From the NCBI GenBank assembly GCA_002269645.1, contig NIVC01000671.1, forward strand, positions 62,001 to 126,000: DNA of 64,000 nucleotides, in the 5' to 3' direction. Of the stretch, positions 48,582-59,071 are shown piece by piece (position 1 is the stretch's first letter; every line of letters begins with the position of its first letter). The position numbers and the translations under genes are program-made. The stretch is from Macrostomum lignano. Its lineage: Eukaryota. The notes beneath the pieces were generated by a model. It was not told the origin of the DNA. It was given only the letters and a program-made list of their open reading frames with translations, and searched no databases.

Positions 48582-49865
48582 ATGGCTTACGGATTCAATC
48601 CCAGACTTGATTTATTTAAGACGCCTGTTCTACAAACCTGCATTGAAAAAGCTACTTATGTTGATATTCACCCAGTAAATTCCATTACTGCAAACTCCCC
48701 CATTGAATTTGACTGCCACCAATCTGCCGATGAATACACTGATTTGCTTAATTCTTTTCTTTATATTCGCTGCCGCCTTGTGAGACTGGATGGGGGTTTG
48801 CTGAGGGAGGATGTTCGAGATGGAGATGGCATCATCACCGAGCGCAGAGACAGTGACGTGCACCCAGAAAACTTTGTTTTGTCTACAGCCTTCTCAGATG
48901 TAATTGTGAGCATTAACCAGCGAGTGGTATCTGGTGGAGACCAGCTCTATCCCTACCATGCGTACTTCAAAGCACTAATGAGCTCATCTGATGCCCAGCA
49001 ACTAAAACTTTACCCTGCTGGCTTCCTGGAGCCGAACTCGGCAGCTGAAAAGCACACGGAGAGCCACAGGGAATCCCGATGGATGGAGTATGCGGGACCG
49101 CTCTTCAGCGATGTTTTCCAATGCCCAGTGTTTCTGCTAAACAATCTGCACTTGCACATCAAACTGGTGCCCAGCGATGGGGCCTTTGCCATCAGAAGCC
49201 CGAATGCAAACAACGCGGCATACCGCATGGAAATCTCTCACTGCATTTTGCATCTTCGCCGAGTCAAAGTGGTGCCCCACATCAGCCTGGCCCACGAGCA
49301 GGGGTTGACAAACCAAAATGCACTGTATCCCATCGAGCGAACTGAAATGCAGAACTTCATCCTACCCCAGGGCATTCAATCTAAAAACATTGAAGGATTC
49401 ACTCATGGAAAATTGCCGAAGTTCATCATGCTGGCCTTCGTGAGCCACCGTGCATTCAACGGTCATCATCACGCGAGCCCGTTCCAGTTCCAGAGCTTCA
49501 ACCTTAGCCAGTTGGCTCTAAAGAAAGGTGGGGAAACCGTGTGTCACGGTGCCTTCACACCTGAAAACAATTCCTTTGTAAGAGAATACTTACACTACCT
49601 GAAAAGCTGTCAATCTGCAAGCCACACGAACTCGGTTCCGTGGATCCCTTACCAGCTCTTCTCCAACAACAGCACGGTGTTTGCATTCGATCTCACACCA
49701 GAGGGAGCGGCTCTGTGGTACGGACAGAAGGAGGGCAACCTGCGGTTGGAGATTCGCTTCCGACAGGCTCTGGACGAAACGGTGTCCCTGATCGCTCTGT
49801 GCCTGTATGACTCGCTGATTGAGGTCACCAAGCACCGGGAGCTTTTGCTGGACTATTCCTCTTAA
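48582..49865 (+). CDS. Major capsid protein (double jelly roll, PY)
   Basis: LDLFKTPVLQTCIE...PIEFD...EYTDLLNSFLYIR, LPKFIMLAFV...FNG...PFQFQSFN, FAFDLTP, GNLRLEIRFRQAL. Intact 427 aa. Confidence 0.95.
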   Translation: MAYGFNPRLDLFKTPVLQTCIEKATYVDIHPVNSITANSPIEFDCHQSADEYTDLLNSFLYIRCRLVRLDGGLLREDVRDGDGIITERRDSDVHPENFVLSTAFSDVIVSINQRVVSGGDQLYPYHAYFKALMSSSDAQQLKLYPAGFLEPNSAAEKHTESHRESRWMEYAGPLFSDVFQCPVFLLNNLHLHIKLVPSDGAFAIRSPNANNAAYRMEISHCILHLRRVKVVPHISLAHEQGLTNQNALYPIERTEMQNFILPQGIQSKNIEGFTHGKLPKFIMLAFVSHRAFNGHHHASPFQFQSFNLSQLALKKGGETVCHGAFTPENNSFVREYLHYLKSCQSASHTNSVPWIPYQLFSNNSTVFAFDLTPEGAALWYGQKEGNLRLEIRFRQALDETVSLIALCLYDSLIEVTKHRELLLDYSS

Positions 49866-49870
49866 CTGGC

Positions 49871-50379
49871 ATGGAAGCAATTCAACTACTCCATCTCGCC
49901 AGAAAATTTTTGTCTTGCCGAAAATTCTTCATCATTACTTTACATTCACGCTATAAAAATGTATTGTCTTTGAGTCTAAAAAGAAAATATCGATCAATTC
50001 CCTTTGAAAACAAGTTTGTGTTTATCCTACTACAGCACAATGGCTCATTTGGTCATTGGGTGGTGTGCTATGCTGGGCAAGGAAATTGCATTGAGCTGTT
50101 CAACTCCCTCGGCTGGGAACCTGAAATTTTATCTGTGGTTTATAATTTGTTTCGAGAGATTAAAACAACTGGCTTTTATCTCCGAAGCAATATAAACAGA
50201 TTTCAATGTGCTAACTCTAATAAATGCGGAGTGTTTTGCATCTATTTTGCTTATCAAAAGTTGCTGATCAATCGTCATTTGAGGGTATTTTAAAGAGTTT
50301 GCACTCTAATGAAAAAAATCATTTGAATGATAGAATCTTACAGAGGTTTGAAGCCAACTTAAGAAAAAGATGTCCGTGA
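49871..50379 (+). CDS. Adenain-like cysteine protease; probable frameshift near 50280
   Basis: GHWVV...IELFNSLG...FQCANSNKCGVFCIYF; the shifted frame continues EGILKSL...LNDRILQRF to a stop at 50379. Confidence 0.88.
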
Positions 50380-50408
50380 TTTTCTAGAACTATATTTATG
50401 CATTAGAC

Positions 50409-51055
50409 ATGGGAGAAAAGCGAGTTTGCTACGATATCCGCCTCAGGCAGGGAAGCTGCATGATTGTCTGCGGGCCCACCAATGCAGGAAAAACAACCTT
50501 TGTCAAACACCTGATCCAGTACAGAGACGTCATGTTTGATGTGAAGCCTGGCAGAGTTCTGTGGTACTATGGGATCTCACAGGCAGGCCATGCAGAACTG
50601 AGCAGCCTAGGTGTGCAGCTGCGCCAGGGATTCCCCACCAACATCGAGGCAGCACTTAGGCCCAATGACCTGGTTGTTTTCGATGACTTAATAGAGGAAA
50701 CTTCAAATTCTGCTTCAATGCGAAATTTTTTCACAGGAATCGCACATCACTTGCCGTGCTTTTTGGTGATGCTGACTCAGAATATATTTTTCAAGGGAAA
50801 AGAGTCGCGAACAATGAGCTTGAATGTAATGTACTTAGCTATCTTGAAAAACCCCCGAGACCAGCTGCAGATTGCAGCACTGGCAGGCAGTGCTTTACAG
50901 AGAAGCCCGGCTTTCTGCTGTCAGTGTTCAAGCACGTGACCGCGCAGAACAGGGGAGCCTACCTGTTCCTAGACTTTCACCCATCAACTCCCGATGAGCT
51001 GCGAGTGCGGGCCAGAATTTTGCCCAACCAGCGACCCCATCTTGTATTTGCTTAA
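50409..51055 (+). CDS. A32/FtsK-like genome-packaging ATPase; one frameshift near 50883
   Basis: Walker A GPTNAGKTT, Walker B LVVFDDL, IAHH...LTQNIF, SLNVMY...KNPRD, then YLFLDFHP...LRVR. Confidence 0.93.
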
Positions 51056-51107
51056 GAAAGTGAAGCTTGTTTTTTATCGCTATTGTTTTCATCGCTATGG
51101 AAGTGCT

Positions 51108-51434
51108 TGATTCACATGCAAGTCTTTTTGCGGTTCTTGCGTCACCTAAATATACCGTGCGCTTCAAGCAGCTGTTGATAAAAAATTGTCCAAAGAAGTG
51201 CGTTATTTTCTTGTTGAGGCCTGTCATAATCTCTTACAAAACAATTTATCGTTTTCGATCGATGAAAAAGCTGTTCTTGCAAAGTCAAAAGAGATAATTC
51301 GAAAAATTACTCAGCAGAGAAGAAAGATAGACTTGTTAAAGGCTGGCTTCATCAAAATACTCCCGATTCTGCTTAAGCTGGTCAAGAAAAAGAAGCAAAA
51401 TGAACAAATTTTCAGAAATGGTTCTGATTTCTAA
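51108..51434 (+). CDS. Conserved small Polinton protein; one frameshift near 51188
   Basis: Reconstructed LLIKNCSKEVRYFLVEACHNLLQNNLSF...LAKSKEIIRKI matches the E-C-x-N-x-L pattern recalled from Maverick proteins. Confidence 0.65.
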
Positions 51435-52052
51435 AGCAGAGTATGAGATGTTAGTGCAGAATTTGAAGCCAAATGAGACTAGCACTGACGCTGACTTGAA
51501 GCAGGCTCAGAAGAAATGCGATGATATCTTGTATGCCGAGGATTATCCAGAAGATGTGAAAACCGCCATGTATCAAAGTGCAATGCAAAGTTTGCTGGCC
51601 AAGCGCAAGCACGCTGGAAAAGAAGGATCACGAAATACTGAAGCCAAGTTGATGAAAATAGAGACACCCAGATGAACACCTGGGAAGAGAAGATCAGCAA
51701 GTCGGTGCCACAGAAATTCAAAAACCAGGGCTCGCAGTCTATGGACGATCCTGTCCACCAATCCAGAGCTGATTGGAGTTTGTGAAAACGGAGAGGTGGA
51801 AATCGCAGGCACGTCAATCCCTTCCTCAAACATACTGGACTTGATTCAGCACGCAGTGAGGGATTCGTCATGTGAGCGTGAACAGTTGGGTGGAACGAGT
51901 TCATCGATTTGCTGCAGCAGAAAAAGCTTAATGTTCCGCTTTCCGCTATTGGTAAATCAGTTAAGAAGAAAATGGCAACCAGCAGAGGGGGTGAACTGGA
52001 GAAAGAACAGGAGAGTCTAGTCAAGGGTACGGGAGCAACACAGCCTGGCTGA
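51400..52052 (+). CDS. Conserved Polinton protein (PZ-like); about three frameshifts
   Basis: MVLISKAEY, then GEVEIAGTSIPSSNILDLI and (E)PVGWNEFIDLL...NVPLSAIG, as recalled from Mavericks. Confidence 0.7.
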
Positions 52053-52118
52053 AACTGCCTGGCAGAAAAGTATATAAGAAGGTGGACTGACTCCGAAATT
52101 TCGAGGGAAAGCTGCATC

Positions 52119-52600
52119 ATGAACTACATTGACTTCCAAGGATTCCCGTGCAACAGCACAAGCAAAAACTTTGTTGTGAAGGAGTTGGCAGTTGTTCAAG
52201 TCAGAGCGGGAAGCTACCGAATTGCTCACCATGTGTACGCACCTCCGTATCCATGGGAGAGAGTCTCACCTGACATGCGAGTTTGCTACAGACAGCTATC
52301 AAAGAGTCTGCACCAGTTTAAGTGGAATGATGGAACCCGTCCGTACATGGAACTGGCGGAAGACATTCTGAGGATTGCCAGTGGTCCGATCTGGACAAAT
52401 GGGGAAAGGAAGTCTATTTTCCTGACTGAGCTGCTTGGTAGACAGGTTTATAACCTAGAAGATTTGGGAGCACCCTCGACTGAAGATTCAGATACTGGCT
52501 GTGCAGTGAGAAATTCGTTGCTGCACTACAGTTGGCTTAAGCCAAAGTTCTGCATCAACTTAAGAAGCGAGCAGTGTCCGTGGCACACGAGCAGTAAAGT
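52119..52600 (+). CDS. DnaQ/DEDD-like exonuclease-fold protein; reading frame stays open to 52817
   Basis: IDFQGF...FVVKELA...PPYPW...KWNDG...NGERK...YNLEDLGAP...CAVRN...W pattern recalled from invertebrate Mavericks. Confidence 0.6.
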
Positions 52601-52638
52601 TGGCAGAAGCAGATTTGGTGAAGAAGTTGACGATCGAA

Positions 52639-53227
52639 ATGAGCCCACCAGCTACAGCCCTAAGAGTGAGCAATCTGGTTGGCGGAGTAGATCTGAGGCT
52701 GGATGGTGGCAGGGGCGCTCAGCTACCTCTACGGGAACTGGCTCTCAGCATGGCTCATGTGATCTACCGGCCCGTCTGGCCCCGGTGCTCATCAAGCGGA
52801 TGCGAAGTCCAGAGTGACTCTGCTACTCTACCCTACTGGGCAACTGAGCATCTGCGGTGCCAAGACCCACGCAGACGCCAAAAGGGCTGCCCGTCGCTTC
52901 GTGGCTATGCTGCATCGGAGAGTGCCAGCTCAACTGCTGCCTCCTCAAGCCATTTGTGTTCGGATTAAAACTATTACTGCTCATGGTAAATTTAACTTCT
53001 GCAATGCTTTGTCCCTCACAAATCTTGCTGCCTCTGGCATACTGTCTTACGCTGAGTATGAGCCCGAGTCGTTCTCTGCTCTAATTTATACATTACGTTA
53101 TTGTAAATGCTTGTTATTTCATACTGGTTCTTTTGTTCTTAGTGGAGCAAAATCTATGAGCATGTTGCGCTTCGACCTTTCTACGTTACATAGTTTAATC
53201 AGCCAGTTTATCACCTATCAAAAATAA
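52639..53227 (+). CDS. TATA-binding protein (TBP)-like factor; two 1-bp frameshifts near 52771 and 52812
   Basis: Both TBP core repeats: VSNLVGGVDL...LPLRELAL...IYRP.RLAPVLIKRMRSPRVTLLLYPTGQLSICGAK...AKRAARRF and ...YEPESFSALIY...CLLFHTGSFVLSGAKS. About 196 aa after correction. Confidence 0.88.
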
Positions 53228-53957
53228 ACAAAAAGTGTGTTCCGTTTGTTCTTGAATGTTTGCGTAAATTCATTACGGAAAACCGCATCTTTAAATTATT
53301 TATTTTTATTTTTAAAAAATAAGTTTTAACTAAAAAATTAAAGGTGAAATGAGCATAGAATAATTGAAAACTGGGAGCTAAAACGCGTAATCAGATCTCT
53401 CCCCTCACAAAAACAGAAAAAGGGCATAGAACCCATTCCAAAAAGGTTCTGCCAAAAGCGAAATTGCTTAGATTGATACACGTGAATGAAGAAATTAATT
53501 AATCAAACTCGACTGACACTCATACATGTAACTGGACCGCAAAATTACAAGATAGAGCAAGAAATTTCAACAAAAGCAATGCAAAGAAATGTTTTAGCAT
53601 CATGTTAAAAAATTAATAAATGAACATAAAACTCAGCAATAAAAATTTCAATACATTAAATTTACTGACTTTGCAATTTAATATTACGAGTAGAAATCGT
53701 GCAGTTACAAGGTACTGAAATAAAATTACTAATAAATTAATAGCTAGCATTAAGACTTCAGACAAAAAGTTCAAAAAGACACTAAAATTACGGTGAAACA
53801 GGGGAGGCAAATTGCTGCAACTTCTTCTATCTGAGATAGCAAAATTGAGACAGCATATAATTTAAACGGATAAAGGCGAGTATATGTTTGAAGAAACCAA
53901 AGACTAAATATTCAGAATAAAATGTGTAGAGGCCGTGTGATAAAAAGTTATACTCAG

Positions 53958-56900
53958 TCACTTATTAAATTCGTAGTCTTCTTCCCGTCGCCGCTTTCGG
54001 GAGGCTGTAGCATTCACGTGCTGTTGCAGCTGCGACGACTCCGGATGAAGAAGTTGAAAATGGCCAAACGGGAGACTGTAGTTCGGTGCCAGCCAAGCGC
54101 GCTTGTCCTCCCAAATGCTTAAGGCACACTTTCGCTGCTGCAGCGTGAATAGCCTGTGTTGGATGCTAGCGATCCTGTGGATGATGACGGACATGCTACT
54201 CAGATCATTGAAGACTCTCAAGTAATCACTATGCGCAATCTCCTTCTTGACAACACATCCTTGAATGCCTTTGGCTTTTTTCTTTTCAGCAGTTGCAGTG
54301 CTAGCGAGAAAGGAATACAGCTTTGGTCTCAAAAGCAACCACTCGAGATAGCGAGCTCCAGCTCCTTCGTCCTTGATGCAACCGAGGCGAGCTTTCAATT
54401 CATTTGAGAACAGCGGGTGCTCAGGTGAATAGTTGGAAGTGTCAAGGAGTTTCTTTGCTTTTAGCAGTGGAAGAACTTCCGACTGCACATCCATATTCTG
54501 AATGCAAAGAAAGAGCGAGTCGGTGTCTCCACCACAGAGCCGAACACGGGCACCCTCTTGCTCAAGCCAAGGCTTCAATTTGTCGTAGAATAACTCGTAC
54601 ATGATTAGCTTCGAATAGTCAAGAACACACTGGCCAATAAAAATCGGACGATCAAGCTTGACCTTAGTCTTCTGGAATTCAATTATGCTCAGTGAGTCGG
54701 TAATTATGATAAAGTTCTTAATGGATGGTTTTGAAGCCAGCACCTTTGCTTTTGCAGTGTTGGTGCAAATCCGAATGTCACGTCGCTTACGCACGTTTTC
54801 CATTGTTTTTCCGAAGAGCGCATTGTTTTTTAGTTTGTAGTAGTCTTTCTCGAAGCTGTTTGTCGCAGCAGCTCTTTTCACGCTGTTCATGTTAACATAG
54901 TCAGCAAATATCGGCTCCTGTTTGTACTCAATCATTCGATTAATTCGTTTGATTTTCATTCCATGGCTCAAGTAGAATGCCAAGATAGCCGAATGAAGCA
55001 CATAACTCTGCTTGTCATGGCAGGTGAGCAGAAGTTTTTCTGCCGAACGATAGGCTGCTTTGTCTCCAGTAATCTGCCTCCAAAGCTGTTGCATGTAGGC
55101 AGGAAATTCTTTGAATTTTGGTGCTTCTTTTTCTGGTGCAAAAGGCAAATCTTCAGTGGTGGAATGTATCTCTGCTGGATATAGAAGATCGACATCGAGC
55201 AGATAAGCAATTGGATCTGAGATTTTGAGCCCTCGGATACGATCCTCGGTCCACAGCTGTAGCTCATCTTCGGAAAGCCAGCGAAATCCATTTGCAGGTA
55301 AGTTCATGGTAAGAGCTTGACCGTAAAGGTTGTTAGCATCTACTGCTAGAAGCTCGGTAGGAACAGCTTGATCAGCGCCCTCGTCGTGACAGTCATCATC
55401 ATCATCATCATTGTCATTGCAGATAGTCTGATTGTCAGCTGCTTCCAAATTTTTTCTAATATCTGGAGAGTTGGCTGACACTCTGTGTATGTTCACAAAT
55501 GACATGCCACCGCGAATACCGCGCTCGAATGTTGCATACATTTGCGAATCCGTAATCAGCTCGATTCTGGATTTGAGAGACTTCAGTGCTGAAGCAAAAG
55601 ATAATCCCGGGGTTGAAACGAAATGCACCGGATCAAGGCCATCATCACGAAGGCTGAGCTTGCGAAAATTTTCAAAGACATCGGCGAGCTGCCGAATGTC
55701 AAGCTCAAGGTAGCATAGCATGTACTCTTTCAGCGTTTTAACTTGGAATTCATGCCATGCTTTCTGTGCATGCCTGTAATCCTCATCACTGCAGTGGCTT
55801 TTAGTCAGAACGTTGTAGAATTGTTCTTTACTTGGCAGCTCGGTATCCTCAAGGACATTTGAATTAGTTAAGTAGTCGTACGGAAAAGTGCATTTTCTGA
55901 ATAAAACTTCTGGAGACAACAGTGGAAACTTACTTTTTAGCAGGCTAGTGATGGTGCACTCTTCTTCTGGCAGGTTCTTGATCAGCTGAGCCAAGCTGGC
56001 GTTGAGAAATTGGTTAGAATCAATGAATTGAATGGTAAAGAACAATGGCTTAGTCTTTCCTCCCCTCTCGTACTCATCGATTTTGAAGTCAACTTTCATT
56101 GAAACAAACTGCTCAGGATTCTGTGGAATAACCGAAATCCTCCATCCATCCATGAGATCCAAAGCCGTTGACATAATGAGATGAAGGTCATAGCCTTTTA
56201 GATTGTGGAAAACCACAGGAAGAAAGCGCCTTTTTAGACGAGCCTGCATGTTGCACTGAGCACAGGCTGCACCTCGGAATTCGCCACTGAGGTGATCATG
56301 ATCCCAGTGCTTTCCGCTTTCACTATCAAAGCCGCTTCCGCAGTAGTGACACGATATAGCATCGCGGAAGCGTTGCTTTGCAGCCTCCGTTCTAATAGCC
56401 GTCTGATGACTGAACTCCGTGTTCCAGCCATAAACCTCTCGAGCTAGCTGTTCAAGGGACTGCAAGAAGTCAGAAACACACTTTTTCGGATTTTCACTCA
56501 CAAATATGTTAACATCATTGTCGACTCCTATAGGTGATAACCCTGTGAGGCCTGCTCGGTGCACCACCAAGTAACCAGCAGCAACGGCAACATGCTCTGT
56601 CAGCTTTACAGTGCTCGAACCAGCTTCAGTCTGCTGCCCTGTGTGAGGTGCATTCAATGCCTCGAAGTCGGCGTACACAATGAATGGTGGGCTGATTGTC
56701 TTTTCCCACGCCGTAAACCGAAGTACATTGTGATCTTCATCCGGAAGTTCTTCCTGAACAAAAATCCCACCAGGCTCACAGACATCTTCACAGTGCTCAT
56801 CGAACGCCTTGCTAGTGTGAAATGACAGCAGACATCGCTCACACCACTTTCGCTGGTACAGGTGGGCTTTACTGTTCAACAATCTGTTGATGTTCGAGAC

Positions 56901-58300
56901 AGCACACCAATGACCACCAGCTGAGTTCTCGTTCGTGGATGGTGGAGAAACATCAGCAGGACAACTGTTCGTCCTCTCATGGTAGCTGCGCTTGGCTGTC
57001 GGAGGACTTCAGCAGCTTCATTCTCCCAGGTGAAAACAGTGAAGCAAAGGGTTGGATTTAATTCCTCGACAGCAGACAGATCGTACAAATTGATCGGCAG
57101 ACTCAGTCCCGTAATGTTAATCTCATCTAGCCATTCGGTGTACGAGGATTCTCGTTGAGCTGACTTCTTAATACGGCAGTGATCTTTGTGAAGAAAGGCA
57201 AGGCACGCGTAAACAAAGCAATTTTCACCGCTGCTAGGAGGAGAAATGACGGCCTTCTTTTGAAAAAGCGCAGTCGGCAAACTAAACCCAGCCGCATGCC
57301 CCGAATAGTAGGGAGTTCGAACAGCGAGGGCAGAGCAAAGGTCGAAGAAATTTATTTTGTCAATGGCCCATCCACTGCCATTAGCGTTGTACACGTCTAC
57401 TCTCTGCTCTAACTCTGCAAATTGCTGCCTCCACCAGTCATCAAATTCCTGCACATCAACCAGCATACAAAGATTTGTACTCATCCATTTGTTTTCAACA
57501 TTGACTGCTTCTGCTGCCTGCACCCGAATCATGCGCACGTTTAGCTTAATTTGTGCTCTTAGCGAACAGTTGTCAAAGGAGTCAAGACGAACTTCGAGAT
57601 ACTGCAGAACCGCATGTTTGACCAGGTCTAGAAACTCGAATGGATCAATGTCAGCTGTTGGGGCGAAGCGATGAATCTGCAGTACATCATCGTGGGCACT
57701 GTTCACCAAGGAGATAACACATGAAGACCCTAAAAATAAAATCGAGAGATAAGATAGTGAAAATCGAGAAACATAAACTGAGAGTCTCATGATTGCTTAT
57801 AAATCCAGCTCAATTAGCTATTCATAATAATCGATGTCTGTATTCAGAATCGAGGAGGGTGTTTTTGGATGTATACAATCGATATAGGTGTGCAGAGGTG
57901 TGCGAAGTCGAGGTGGGGTGTCCAGAGTCGAGGTGTGGTGTCCAGAGTCGAGGTGGGGTGTCCGGAGTCGAAGAAGGGATGTGCAGAGTCGAGGAGGGGG
58001 TGTGCGGAGTCGAGGAGGGGTGTGCGGAGTCGAGGAGGGGGTGTGAAGAGTCGAGGAGGGGGTGTGCAGAGTCGAGGACGGGGATGTGCAGAGTCAGGGT
58101 TGGTGTACGGACTCGGGGTGGGCGGGTTTATTACGCATTAATTAAAACTGAATTAGTTACACATTTCGAGTTGAAGGTTTAAAATTTTTCCACTTCAAAT
58201 ATTGGTAAGAAAATAATTGATTTTTTACATTAACAGAGTGGCAAAACTCACCTGCTCCTTCACCTGCTCTTCGCCTAGAACATGTTGTAGGATCCTGCAT
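53958..58300 (-). CDS. Protein-primed family B DNA polymerase with endonuclease VII-like insertion; predicted 5' intron; one frameshift near 56930
   Basis: YADFE, FHNLKGYD, DANNLYG, KLKNNALFGK, GDTDS, RPKLY; CHYC...HWDHDHLSGEFRGAACAQCN. N-terminal part is ORF 56876-57790; candidate first exon 58300-58252. Confidence 0.93.
57890..58100 (+). repeat. ~21-bp minisatellite (GTGCAGAGTCGAGGAGGGGT-like) inside the Polinton
   Basis: About 10 degenerate copies within the predicted pPolB intron. Confidence 0.9.
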
Positions 58301-59071
58301 GTTGCGACTGCCGGCTGCCAGGCAATGCTGATGCAGATTTGTCTGCTTCCAGCTTCGAATTGATCAATTTTAAGGCCAATGGCAATGCTTAGCTTAAAAA
58401 GGAATAATTAAGAAAAATGCAAAGTAGAGATCGAATCTAGTTAAGATGCTCTTATTCTATTCGCGATATTGAGACTTAGCAACGAGCACCAAGCTATAGA
58501 AAAGCAGCCCGCGGATAGTAAAAACCTCAAAATCAAAACTAATAGTCGAGTAATGCGAATAGGTTGCCATGATGCGATAGCTTTTAGCATCAAATCCACC
58601 GATACGAGTTGATTTGCTATTTTACTGTCTAGTTTGCGTTTTTTTAAAAATAATTCAATGTTTATTATGAGAAAAAAACAATGCAAAAACAACGTGTATT
58701 TGGTATAAACGGCTTTGTAGCAAGAAAATAATTTAGAAGAAGAAACTTTTATTTAGCATTAAATTACAAACTTTCTGCATAGAAAGCAGTATAATTCATT
58801 ATAAGCTACCATGTACATTCTTGCTCTCCTAATAACTAAATATTGGTATCAAAGAGCCTCCAGCTTGATAAACTGCTTAGCCCAGCCCAACGAGATAAAT
58901 CACAGGTAACATGCACTGAAAAGATTAATTTAATTTAAGCAGTTTTTAACTTCTTTTAGAGCTCCTCCCCTTATCAAAAGTCCACTCATTTTTGTAGAAC
59001 TTTTTTTGCGTGCTAAAAATTCGTTTCCCTTGCCAACAAAATACTCCAGGCTAAAGCAAATTAAGAGTTAC

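Noticed and set aside
47386-56940. Calling the frameshifted Polinton genes pseudogenes
   Set aside because: Lesions are almost all single-base indels with no nonsense codons needed, the TIRs are near identical, and the same lesion type occurs in host SPG21; status needs read validation.
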